Numbered from the stretch's first letter, positions 24,596 through 33,484 are shown. The stretch is DNA of 64,000 nucleotides from Glaciimonas sp. (GCA_012927625.1 JABBOV010000005.1:1691-65690); one strand, 5' to 3'. Translations and numbers: made by a program. Notes: generated from the sequence alone by a model not told the origin.

Positions 24596-26482
24596 ATGTC
24601 GTTGAAAATTGGAGAGCTTGCAAAACGGGCGGGGCTGACCGTTCGGGCGCTGCACCACTACGACGCAATTGGGTTGCTGTCCTCTTCCGCTCGCTCAGAT
24701 GGCGGTTCTCGGCAATATAGCCACGATGATGTGATTCGCCTTCACAGAATTCAGGCGCTTAAGCATTTTGGCTGTTCGCTGTCGGACATCAAGGCATATT
24801 TGGATGAGTCCAGAATTGCACCAATTGAAATCATTAATCGACAAATAAGCGTGCTTGACGAACAGGCTCGGCGCGCGCAGGCGCTGAGAGATAGCCTGAA
24901 GCATTTGGCAGATAAGATTTCAATAGGTGGTGAGACTGGGGTTGCAGACTGGCTAAACCTATTGGAAATGATGACCATGTACGAAAAACACCTCACACGT
25001 GAAGACCTTGATCATTTGCGTGCGCAGCAACAACATATGGGCGGACACCTGGACGCACGCAGGACCGAATTGATTTCCGAGACAAGAGAATCAATTGACG
25101 TGGGGCGGCTCCCGGAAAGTCAGGAAGCGCAAGCACTGGCCTGGCGCTGGGTGCAACATATGAAGGAAGCGACAGGGGATAATGCTCAGATAGCATCTAA
25201 ATTGAAAATCATGCTGGAACGAGAAACAAGAGCCCAGGAGATCACCGGCTTCAGGCTGGACATGTATCAGTGGATATCACTATCTATCGCCAACGCCAGG
25301 GCGAAACTCTTTGCCAAGTACCTGTCGCCAGTTGAATTTGAAGAAGTTCGGCGACGCATGATTGCCCACGTCGATGATTGGCCACTTTTGTTCATGGAGG
25401 TACGAAAACAGATGGAGGCGGGTGCATCTGTAACCGGCCCGGATGTTCAGGTATTGGTCCGTCGGTGGCAAAATTTGTTTCGTGACTCATACTGCGGCGA
25501 TGATCTGACACTCGAAAGTAAAATTCATCTCGCATTCCAAACTGAACCTGATCTGTTGGTCGGTGTAGGTCTGGATGTGCCGTTGATTCTGTTTATTCAG
25601 AAGGCGATCTTGTCTTTGAACGGGCCTAAACACAAATCAACCAACGCCGGCCCTAAGCCGAGCGCGCAACGAGTCGCGACCTTGAGAGCGGCGCATCAAC
25701 TCCTTGATAGTCCGTTGATTTTGGAAGATCCGCTTGCTCTGAAAATACTAGGTAGCACGAATGAAGCTGGCGTCCGCAGCAATCCAGACCACTACAACGA
25801 TCCATGGTCAAAAGGATTAAGAACATCCCTTGTGGTACGAAGCCGACTGGCCGAAGACGAGTGGGAAAAAGCTGCGGAGAATGGTGTCCGCCAATATGTC
25901 ATTCTGGGCGCTGGGCTGGACACTTATGCATATCGCGTGAGCCATCAAACCGGACGAATCTTCGAGGTTGATCTTCCTGCGACCCAGCAATGGAAACGCG
26001 AATGTCTAAGCGCCGCTGACATTCAAATTCCGGCATCCCTGACGTATGTGCCAATAGATTTTGAACATGACACATTGACGCACGCGTTATCTCAGGTTGG
26101 ATTCAGGGAAGACGAGGCGGCATTTTTTTCATGGCTTGGCGTGTCGATGTATCTTGAGGAAGAAGCCATCTTGAAGACCTTACGGTTTATCGCATCGTGT
26201 GCTGCTGGAAGCGCTGTAGTCTTCGACTACGTTGTAACGCCCTCATTGCTCACACCAATGGAACGACTAGGCAGAGAATTGGTGTGCGCGAAAGTTGCAG
26301 AAAGTGGTGAGCCGTGGAAAGCTTATTTTGATCCAGAATCTCTGGCCTACAAGATTCGCTCGCTTGGATTTAGCGAAGCGAACAACGTCAGTCCAGAAAG
26401 CCTGAATACTCGCTATTTATCCGGGCTTAAAGATGGGTTTCGGATGGGAGGTTTTTCGAGATTGATGCACGCCATTGTTTGA
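24596..26482 (+). CDS. MerR family HTH + TipAS-like helical region + class I SAM-dependent O-methyltransferase domain (fusion protein)
   Basis: N-terminus: MSLKIGELAKRAGLTVRALHHYDAIGLL...RQYSHDDVIRLHRIQALKHFGCSLSDIKAYL (MerR). The middle approximately 230 aa is helical and W-rich (ALAWRWVQHM, VLVRRWQNLF). C-terminus: SAQRVATLRAAH...EDPLALKIL...VRQYVILGAGLDTYAYR...VDLPATQQWK...FFSWLGVSMYL (LCMT/TIGR00027-type methyltransferase). Confidence 0.8.
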   Translation: MSLKIGELAKRAGLTVRALHHYDAIGLLSSSARSDGGSRQYSHDDVIRLHRIQALKHFGCSLSDIKAYLDESRIAPIEIINRQISVLDEQARRAQALRDSLKHLADKISIGGETGVADWLNLLEMMTMYEKHLTREDLDHLRAQQQHMGGHLDARRTELISETRESIDVGRLPESQEAQALAWRWVQHMKEATGDNAQIASKLKIMLERETRAQEITGFRLDMYQWISLSIANARAKLFAKYLSPVEFEEVRRRMIAHVDDWPLLFMEVRKQMEAGASVTGPDVQVLVRRWQNLFRDSYCGDDLTLESKIHLAFQTEPDLLVGVGLDVPLILFIQKAILSLNGPKHKSTNAGPKPSAQRVATLRAAHQLLDSPLILEDPLALKILGSTNEAGVRSNPDHYNDPWSKGLRTSLVVRSRLAEDEWEKAAENGVRQYVILGAGLDTYAYRVSHQTGRIFEVDLPATQQWKRECLSAADIQIPASLTYVPIDFEHDTLTHALSQVGFREDEAAFFSWLGVSMYLEEEAILKTLRFIASCAAGSAVVFDYVVTPSLLTPMERLGRELVCAKVAESGEPWKAYFDPESLAYKIRSLGFSEANNVSPESLNTRYLSGLKDGFRMGGFSRLMHAIV

Positions 26483-26680
26483 ACAAACGTTGAACTTTTA
26501 TTGAGACGATCAGTGTTTGGATGCTTGGCTTTTCGAAGTTGCTATCAAGGCTGTGCGGCTTGAGAGAGGATTCTGGCCAGCACAGCCGATTCGGAAGGCT
26601 TAGCGTATTTTAATTTCTTTTTTTGTCAACACTCCTATCAGGCAGGCAAGCGTTATCTGTGTCGCTGGCATTAACCAATC

Positions 26681-26944
26681 TCAACCGCCGCAACTACCGC
26701 AGCAACTACCGTTTTCGCCATGCCGCAATTTGTCGGGGCTGGTCGCGTAACCGGCTTGCACCAATACGTTTTGCAATTCTTGCGCAGAAGTGGCCTGATC
26801 GTCAAATTGGATGTTGACTTCGCTGTTTTCGAGCACTACGACTACTCCGCTCACTCCCTTGACGCTCTGTAATTTACGAATCACGCTGTCAGCACGAACT
26901 TGGGTTGTCGTTCCGGTAAGTTTCAAGGTTTCGGATCGCATCAT
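26681..26944 (-). CDS. Small HMA-fold-like protein lacking the CxxC motif, with Cys-rich C-terminus
   Basis: 87 aa with AAGGAAAT RBS. The beta-alpha-beta-beta-alpha-beta pattern (TLKLTG...VIRKLQSVKGVSGVVVVLENSEVNIQFDD...ELQNVLVQAGY) has TTTQVR where MTCxxC is expected. It ends GSCCGSCGG. Confidence 0.6.
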   Translation of the reverse strand: MMRSETLKLTGTTTQVRADSVIRKLQSVKGVSGVVVVLENSEVNIQFDDQATSAQELQNVLVQAGYATSPDKLRHGENGSCCGSCGG

Positions 26945-27327
26945 ATTTCCTTTTGCATGTGGGTTAGAACAAAGGTAAAAACGTTTTCTCTTATTCCTTC
27001 AGTGCTATTGTGACATAACAATCATATTATATGCATCTTTAAATCGCACGATACTGTAAAAGTCCAATTGCGGATTTAGTTAATTCACAAGTACATGGAA
27101 ATAAGCTAATCTATGTTTGCTAGAGCGCAAAACTGAGTTTTTTTACAATAGTAATGTTGTGCAACTATGCAGCAAATAAGTAAATGAGAAATGGCTCCTG
27201 GTTTATAGAAATCGTATATAACCCAGGATAGTGTCAAGCAGGTTGAAGTAGTAGTGCATGGAAATAGCTATAAAGCTCGATGTCGATTAAAAACATCTAT
27301 TATTTATTCCCGAAAGGAAACTTGATC

Positions 27328-27639
27328 ATGAAAATATCCCGCCGCATTCCAACTTACCTACTCGCTTTTACACTGGTTGCCTTGGCAGGCTGCGCATCAA
27401 CGGCAAAACAGGAAGGAACCGGCGAATATGTGGATGACGCCGTTATCACAACCAAAGTAAAGGCTGCTATTTTCAACGAACCAACTTTGAAATCAACAGA
27501 AGTTAATGTCGAAACTTTCAAAGGCATAGTGCAGTTGGGCGGCTTTGTTAGTTCACAGGCTGCGATTAACATGGCAGCAGAAATTGCCCGAGGTGTAAAA
27601 GGCGTCAAATCGGTTAAAAATGATATGCGCGTCAAGTAA
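27328..27639 (+). CDS. BON domain lipoprotein (OsmY-like)
   Basis: Lipobox LVALAGCAS, then DDAVITTKVKAAIFNEPTLKSTEVNVETFKGIVQLGGFVSS...GVKGVKSVKNDMRV (BON). Confidence 0.85.
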   Translation: MKISRRIPTYLLAFTLVALAGCASTAKQEGTGEYVDDAVITTKVKAAIFNEPTLKSTEVNVETFKGIVQLGGFVSSQAAINMAAEIARGVKGVKSVKNDMRVK

Positions 27640-27659
27640 CAACCAGGCAGGCAATTAAC

Positions 27660-27712
27660 CGGGCCGGCATTGATTCGGTTTCAAAGCAATGCCAGTCCGG
27701 CTTCGTTTTTTA
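27660..27712 (+). terminator. Rho-independent terminator candidate after the BON gene
   Basis: CCGG..GGCATTG / CAATGCC..CCGG stem with an internal loop, followed by CTTCGTTTTTT. Confidence 0.55.
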
Positions 27713-27807
27713 AAATTCGCGCGTCTATAAATTGAAATACTCATTGCGTTTTTTTGCCTCATATGAATTTTCAGATTTACTGTTTATCCAGATGAAACCG
27801 GTATGCA

Positions 27808-29028
27808 ATGAATCCAATAGATACCAAATTGGCAGTACCCGCCGATCACAGCGATTGCGTTGATCCGATACCAGTTGAAAACCCAATCCCCGATGATTCT
27901 GCAAAAAATGGCATGCAAGCTCCTGTCGAGTACCCTCGCCTATCCAATCACATACATGCGCGCGGACTATCCTTAGCCATTCTCGCAACGTTGGCGTTCG
28001 TGTTTGCCCTGCAGTGGGCACAGAAGTTTTTTATTCCTTTGCTGTTCGGAATTTTTATTGCGTACACACTCAATCCGTTTGTCACCTGGTTATCCCGGCT
28101 AAAAATTCCCCGCTTTTTTGCCACTTGTACCGTAATGTTCACAATATTGTTCGGGGCATTTATGGCGACTAATACATTGCAGGAAGAATTCCAATCGATA
28201 CTGAATGGTTTGCCAGCATCAACGCAAAAAATATCGCGGGCACTGAAAAAAATACGCGGTAGTCAGCCCAGCACTATGGAACAAATGCAGGCAGCCGCAA
28301 TCGAGTTTGAAAAGGCCGCTAGCCAGGCAACCGGCACTCGACCCGCCGCAAAAAAAATGACGGCTCCCGAGCAATCGGCATTCAAGGTAAGCGACTGGCT
28401 CTGGGCCGGCTCGCTGAGTGCTGCTGAGTTTATCGGCCAGACCACAATCGTGGTTTTTCTAGTATTTTTTCTTTTATTGTCCGGCGACACTTTCAAACGC
28501 AAGCTGGTCAAGTTATCCGGTCCATCAATGGCCCGGAAAAAGACTGCGGTACACATACTTGACAATATCAATACCTCAGTACAAAACTACATGTCCATGC
28601 TGTTGGCAACCAATGTTCTATTGGCAATAATTACGTGGATTGCATTGCGTTGGATCGGCCTGGAAAATGCAGGTGCATGGGCAGTTGCTGCAGGTTTTTT
28701 GCACATCATCCCGTATTTTGGGCCATTGCTCATTACGGTGGCGACCGGATTGAGCGCATTCATGCAATTTGAATCGTTCTCGATGGTGCTGCTGGTCTCG
28801 GGCACATCGCTTGCTATTGCCACCGTTGTCGGCACTTTGGTGACGACCTGGATGACTGGAAAAATCGCAAAAATGAATACCGCCGCAGTCTTTATCGGAC
28901 TGCTGTTCTGGGGTTGGCTATGGGGCATTTGGGGCATGCTGCTAGGCATCCCGATCATCGTTATAGTAAAAGTAATCTCCGAGCATATTGAAGGATTGCA
29001 GCCGGTTGCAGAACTGCTCGGAGAGTGA
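27808..29028 (+). CDS. AI-2E family transporter (PerM/YhhT-like)
   Basis: 406 aa and polytopic. The C-terminal part (FLHIIPYFGPLL...FIGLLFWGWLWGIWGMLLGIPI) is characteristic of the family. Confidence 0.85.
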   Translation: MNPIDTKLAVPADHSDCVDPIPVENPIPDDSAKNGMQAPVEYPRLSNHIHARGLSLAILATLAFVFALQWAQKFFIPLLFGIFIAYTLNPFVTWLSRLKIPRFFATCTVMFTILFGAFMATNTLQEEFQSILNGLPASTQKISRALKKIRGSQPSTMEQMQAAAIEFEKAASQATGTRPAAKKMTAPEQSAFKVSDWLWAGSLSAAEFIGQTTIVVFLVFFLLLSGDTFKRKLVKLSGPSMARKKTAVHILDNINTSVQNYMSMLLATNVLLAIITWIALRWIGLENAGAWAVAAGFLHIIPYFGPLLITVATGLSAFMQFESFSMVLLVSGTSLAIATVVGTLVTTWMTGKIAKMNTAAVFIGLLFWGWLWGIWGMLLGIPIIVIVKVISEHIEGLQPVAELLGE

Positions 29029-29057
29029 GCTTGATTTTTCGCGCTTGGATAGCGGCC

Positions 29058-30761
29058 TTATTTCTGCGCATTCTGCTGCGCTTGCGCCCGAATCGATGAC
29101 AGCGTCAGCGTCGGGGTAATCACTTCCGGCGACAGACGAATTTCTATCACTGCCGGCAAACCGCTGGCGCGGGCCTGCTCGAATGCGGGCATGAAGTCGG
29201 CGGTCTTTTCGACCACCGCGCCAAAGGCCCCGAAAGAACGGGCGAAAGCAGCGAAATCAGGATTGGTCAGGGTGGTGCCATGCACGCGGGCCGGATATTC
29301 ACGCTCCTGATGCATCCGAATGGTGCCGTAGATACCGTTATTGACGACAATGAAAATCACCGGTAACTGATATTGCATCGCAGTGGCCAGCTCGGAACTG
29401 CTCATCATGAAGCAACCGTCGCCGGCAAATGCCACCACAGTACGCTCTAGATACAGCGATTTGGCCGCAATCGCAGCCGGTACGCCGTAGCCCATCGCGC
29501 CGGAAGTCGGTGCCAGTTGCGATTTGAAATGACGAAAGCGGTGAAAACGATGCACCCAGGTCGCATAATTGCCCGCGCCGTTGCAAATAATGGCGTCTGC
29601 TGGCAAATGATCGCGCAGATACAGCATGATCTCGCCCATTTGAACCGGGCCATCAACCTGCGGCGGGGTACTCCAGGTCAGATAATCGGCGTGGGCTGTC
29701 GCAGCCTCGTCCTGCCAGGCTGGCGATGCGACTGGAGTTGAGACGGAAACTAAGTCAGCCACTGCAGCAGCAAATTCCGGCATACCCGAATTGATCGGCA
29801 GGGTTGATGCATATACGCTGCCAAGCTCTTCGGCACCGGCATGTATATGCACCAATTGCTGTTTTGGCACAGGAATATCAAACAGGCTGTAACCGCTCGT
29901 GGTCATTTCGCCCAAGCGCGGGCCGATTGCCAGCACCAGATCGGCATTTTTGACGCGTTGCGCCAGCTTCGGGTTGATGCCGATGCCGACATCGCCGGCA
30001 TATAGCGCATGCGTATTGTCGAACAAATCCTGAAACCGGAACGCGCATGCCACCGGCAATTGCCAGGCTTCGGCGAAGCGGCGCAAATCGGCGCAGGCTT
30101 GCGACGTCCAACCGCTGCCGCCGAGAATCGCCAACGGACGTTTGGCCTGTGCCAGCAAGCCGGACAATTGCTGTAATGCGGCTGGCGTCGGCGCTGCAGC
30201 GACGCGCTGAAACTGGGGCGCAGCGCGCGCACTGACCTGATCGCGCAACATGTCTTCCGGCAGTGCCAGCACTACCGGGCCGGGCCGGCCGGCAACCGCG
30301 GTATGAAAAGCGCGGCTCAGATATTCGGGAATCCGCCGGGCGTCGTCGATTTGCGCCACCCATTTAGTCATCTGGCCGAACATGCGGCGATAGTCGATTT
30401 CCTGAAATGCCTCGCGATCCATGCAATCGCGTGCAACCTGGCCGATGAACATAATCAACGGGGTCGAATCCTGATACGCGGTGTGAATGCCGATCGCAGC
30501 ATTGGTCGCTCCCGGGCCACGCGTAACCATCACAATGCCGGGTGCGCCGGTCAGCTTACCGTAGGCTTCGGCCATGTTGGACGCACCGCTTTCGTGGCGG
30601 CACACCCGCAAGGCGATCTGCTCGCGCACGTCATACAAGGCATTGAGTATGTCCAGATAGCTTTCGCCCGGTACGCAAAACACTTGCCGCACGCCATGCG
30701 TAATCAGGCTATCGACCAAGACTTTTCCACCGCTACCGGTATGAATCAGATCAGTATGCAT
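29058..30761 (-). CDS. Thiamine-pyrophosphate-dependent enzyme (acetolactate synthase-like)
   Basis: 567 aa. N-terminal Pyr domain (VFCVPGESYLDILNAL...TRGPGATNA) and TPP motif GDGCFMM...NNGIYGT. Confidence 0.9.
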   Translation of the reverse strand: MHTDLIHTGSGGKVLVDSLITHGVRQVFCVPGESYLDILNALYDVREQIALRVCRHESGASNMAEAYGKLTGAPGIVMVTRGPGATNAAIGIHTAYQDSTPLIMFIGQVARDCMDREAFQEIDYRRMFGQMTKWVAQIDDARRIPEYLSRAFHTAVAGRPGPVVLALPEDMLRDQVSARAAPQFQRVAAAPTPAALQQLSGLLAQAKRPLAILGGSGWTSQACADLRRFAEAWQLPVACAFRFQDLFDNTHALYAGDVGIGINPKLAQRVKNADLVLAIGPRLGEMTTSGYSLFDIPVPKQQLVHIHAGAEELGSVYASTLPINSGMPEFAAAVADLVSVSTPVASPAWQDEAATAHADYLTWSTPPQVDGPVQMGEIMLYLRDHLPADAIICNGAGNYATWVHRFHRFRHFKSQLAPTSGAMGYGVPAAIAAKSLYLERTVVAFAGDGCFMMSSSELATAMQYQLPVIFIVVNNGIYGTIRMHQEREYPARVHGTTLTNPDFAAFARSFGAFGAVVEKTADFMPAFEQARASGLPAVIEIRLSPEVITPTLTLSSIRAQAQQNAQK

Positions 30762-30999
30762 TTTTGCCTTGGAATCAGGTGCAACATGGAAAGGGTTCGG
30801 GAGGGGTTCAACTGCGATTGACTTCCGCGCCCAAAGGGAAAAACTGGAAGCATGGCTCGCGCTTGCGTTCGAGTATATGCAATAAGCCCGCCACTTTCAA
30901 AATCAAAAAAAGCCATGACATCATTACGTATGCTCATGCAAACATGTGCGTCATGGCGAAAAGCAGGGCCGGGTAAAGCGCGAAAAAACAGCACGGTGG

Positions 31000-31048
31000 A
31001 TGGGTGCAACCCGTCGCATCTAGAACTTACAAGATGGGTTGCACCCAT
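31000..31048. repeat. 13-bp perfect inverted repeat (hairpin) in a long intergenic region
   Basis: ATGGGTGCAACCC (31000-31012) and GGGTTGCACCCAT (31036-31048), separated by 23 nt. Confidence 0.75.
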
Positions 31049-31078
31049 TCTACGGCCCGATAAAATATACTGGCTTTT

Positions 31079-31137
31079 GTATTTTTAGCATATTCAATAA
31101 ATATATGCGGACAATGGCATTAAAATTGCCATACTCC
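31079..31137 (+). repeat. Three-box AT-rich intergenic repeat, copy B
   Basis: GTATTTTTA-N17-ATGCGG-N19-CATACTCC. The 3' half is nearly identical to copy A (AAATATATGCGGAMAAT.GCAT.AAAATTGCCATACTC). Confidence 0.8.
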
Positions 31138-31168
31138 CTATTATTATATTTTTTGATGGTTTGTCTTG

Positions 31169-31195
31169 TTCGTGCTTTTCGTGTGTTTCGTGGAC
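31169..31195 (-). repeat. Three tandem 9-mers CACGAAANN (read on the minus strand)
   Basis: Plus strand reads TTCGTGCTT TTCGTGTGT TTCGTGGAC. A near-identical array in the opposite orientation lies at 38350-38376. Confidence 0.7.
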
Positions 31196-31212
31196 ACACC
31201 TACTGAGAGCCA

Positions 31213-32097
31213 TCAGTCGCCCTGCAATTCACCCAGAATCCAATCGCGGAATTTGATGACGGCCGGTTTACCGGCATTTTTTTCGGGGTAAGTCAGATAA
31301 TAGGATTGCGCGCTTGTGACTGCAATCGGAAATGGCACCAGCAACTGCCCCAGACGAATTTCGGTTTCAACCAGAAACTTCGGCATCAAGGCAACGCCCA
31401 ATCCTGCCACTGCGGCTTGAATTACCATCGACAATTGTTCAAAGCGCGGCCCAAACAGCGCATTAGGGCAATCAACGCCGACATGGTCGAACCAGTCACG
31501 CCAGGCTTGCGGGCGTGTGGTGTGCTGCAACAAGGTCATCCGGGCCAGGTCGGAAACGCGGCTCACCTGCTTGCTTAAAGCCCGGCTGCAGACCGGCACC
31601 ATTTCCTCACCCATCAGGCGCACCATCACTGCGCCGGGCCAGTCCGGCTCGCCAAAGTGAATCGCGGCATCAACCTGGCGCTGGCTGAAATCAAACGGCA
31701 ACACTTCCGTACTGAGATTGAGCAGCACATCGGGATGCGCTGCGGTGAATTTTGGCAGTCGGGGAATCAGCCACTTGATGCCGAAAGTCGGCAGGATTGC
31801 CAGCTTGAGCACACCAATCGCATTATTGTGGGTCATGGCCTGAAAGGTAGCCATTTCGATCTGCTGCAGAATCGTCGACACTTGCAACGCATATTCGCGC
31901 CCGGCTTCGGTCAATACCAGCCGGCGTTGGATCCGCTCGAACAGCTTGGTGCCGAGATACTCTTCCAGTATTGCCGTCTGGCGGCTGACCGCACCTTGAG
32001 TCAGGTGCAGTTCATGTGCCGCCTGGGTAAAAGACAGATAGCGCGCTGCCGTTTCAAAAGCGATCAGACAAGAGGTGGAGGGAATGAATCTGCGCAT
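31213..32097 (-). CDS. LysR family transcriptional regulator
   Basis: FETAARYLSFTQAAHELHLTQGAVSRQ is the helix-turn-helix. 294 aa with a typical LysR substrate-binding region. Confidence 0.9.
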   Translation of the reverse strand: MRRFIPSTSCLIAFETAARYLSFTQAAHELHLTQGAVSRQTAILEEYLGTKLFERIQRRLVLTEAGREYALQVSTILQQIEMATFQAMTHNNAIGVLKLAILPTFGIKWLIPRLPKFTAAHPDVLLNLSTEVLPFDFSQRQVDAAIHFGEPDWPGAVMVRLMGEEMVPVCSRALSKQVSRVSDLARMTLLQHTTRPQAWRDWFDHVGVDCPNALFGPRFEQLSMVIQAAVAGLGVALMPKFLVETEIRLGQLLVPFPIAVTSAQSYYLTYPEKNAGKPAVIKFRDWILGELQGD

Positions 32098-32140
32098 GAC
32101 TATGCAGTCGTGCCCATGTCCATGCCTGAGCCGAAATAGA

Positions 32141-33484
32141 TCATGTATTCAGATCAAATACCGCCATCGATTCCACATGCGCAGTGTGCGGAAACATGTT
32201 GACTACGCCGGCGTATTTCAGCGTGTAGCCGCCTTCCTGCACTAGCAACCCGGCGTCACGGGCCAAGGTAGAAGGACTGCAGGATACATAAACGATGCGT
32301 TTCGGCATCATGTCCGAATGGCTGTGCCGCAGACCGACCAGTGCCTGGCACACGGCGATTGCGCCATCGCGTGGCGGGTCGATCAAAAGACGGTCGAATT
32401 TACCCAAGGCAATAAAATCGTGCGTGGTGGCTTCAAACAGGTTGCGGCATAAAAACTGCGTTTTCTGCGCCAGACCATTCGCTTGTGCATTCTCCAGCGC
32501 ACGCTCGGTTAAGGCACTGCTGCCTTCAATGCCGATCACTTCCCGCGCCTGGGTTGCAATCGGCAGAGTGAAATTACCTAGGCCGCAAAATAAGTCAGCC
32601 ACACGATCACTGGCTTGCGCATCCAGCAGGCGCAGTGCGCGCGTCACCATGACGCGATTAATATGGTGATTTACCTGGGTAAAGTCGGTCGGCTTGAAAG
32701 GCATCTTCACGCCAAACTCCGGTAGAGAATAGTGTAGCGTCGTATTCTCGGGATAAAACGGTGCCGCCGTCTCCAGCCCGTTGGGCTGCAACCACCAGTG
32801 CACTGCATGCGCGTCGGCAAAAGCCTTCAGCTTGATTTCGTCTGCGACAGTAAGCGGTGCCATGATGCGCAACACCATCGCTGTTATGTTTTCGGTTACT
32901 GCCAGTTCAATCTGCGGCAACTGACGCACGATCGAAAGCGTTGCAATCAAATGGCGTAGCGGCACCAGCATCTTCGATACATGCGGCGGCAAGATTTCAC
33001 AGGTTTCCATGTCAGTGATGTAGCGCGATTTTTTCTCGTGAAACCCCACCAGTACGCCCCCTTTTTTGGGAACGCAATTAACTGACAGGCGCGCCCGGTA
33101 ACGGTAACCCCAGGTTGGGCCGTAAATAGGCCGCAGTATGGTTTCTGCCCGAACCCGTCCGATATGCCACAAATTATCTTCCAGCACGCGCTGCTTGACC
33201 GCCACCTGCGCCGAAGGCTCCAGATGCTGTATTGCGCAGCCGCCGCATAGTCCGAAATAATCACATTTAGGCTTGACCCGCAACGCCGATTCTCGATTGA
33301 TGGCAATCATCGTGGCGGCTTCCCAGTGCGCCTTCTTGCGATAGGTTTGATAACCAACATGTTCGCCCGGCAATGCACCCTCCACGAAGACCACTTTACC
33401 GACGCTGCCGTCTTCGTTCTGGAGGTGGCCGACGCCGCGGCCATCCATGTCCAGGGACTCGATTTCAATCATGTTAAGCGACAT
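32141..33484 (-). CDS. rlmD: 23S rRNA (uracil-C5)-methyltransferase RlmD/RumA-like
   Basis: TRAM-like N-terminus (IESLDMDGRGVGH), Fe-S Cys cluster (CDYFGLCGGCAIQH), SAM motif (DLFCGLGNFTLP) and catalytic region (YVSCSPSTLARD). Start trimmed to MSLNMIEIE. Confidence 0.9.
   Translation of the reverse strand: MSLNMIEIESLDMDGRGVGHLQNEDGSVGKVVFVEGALPGEHVGYQTYRKKAHWEAATMIAINRESALRVKPKCDYFGLCGGCAIQHLEPSAQVAVKQRVLEDNLWHIGRVRAETILRPIYGPTWGYRYRARLSVNCVPKKGGVLVGFHEKKSRYITDMETCEILPPHVSKMLVPLRHLIATLSIVRQLPQIELAVTENITAMVLRIMAPLTVADEIKLKAFADAHAVHWWLQPNGLETAAPFYPENTTLHYSLPEFGVKMPFKPTDFTQVNHHINRVMVTRALRLLDAQASDRVADLFCGLGNFTLPIATQAREVIGIEGSSALTERALENAQANGLAQKTQFLCRNLFEATTHDFIALGKFDRLLIDPPRDGAIAVCQALVGLRHSHSDMMPKRIVYVSCSPSTLARDAGLLVQEGGYTLKYAGVVNMFPHTAHVESMAVFDLNT

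Noticed and set aside
30746-31088. Three small ORFs (100, 70 and 78 aa) in the spacer upstream of the TPP-enzyme gene.
   Set aside because: They have no RBS and no motifs, and they overlap one another. The region is better described by its inverted repeat and the repeat-family copy.
31115-31129. Sigma-54 promoter-like TGGCAT-N5-TTGC inside repeat copy B (copy A has TTGCAT-N5-TTGC).
   Set aside because: Only copy B has the essential GG. Copies C, D and E lack both the GG and GC elements. There is no plus-strand gene downstream (the next gene, the lysR type, is on the minus strand). This is probably a chance match within the repeat.
31094-31136. Mini-ORFs on the minus strand of the repeat family, each starting at GGAGTATG: B gives MAILMPLSAYIY, A gives MAIYMQFSAYI, C gives MFKNDAIYACFNCGI.
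   Set aside because: The GGAG is only 1 nt from the ATG, too close for a Shine-Dalgarno. Copy D has ATA instead of ATG and copy E stops after 2 codons. Conservation tracks the DNA boxes, not a reading frame.
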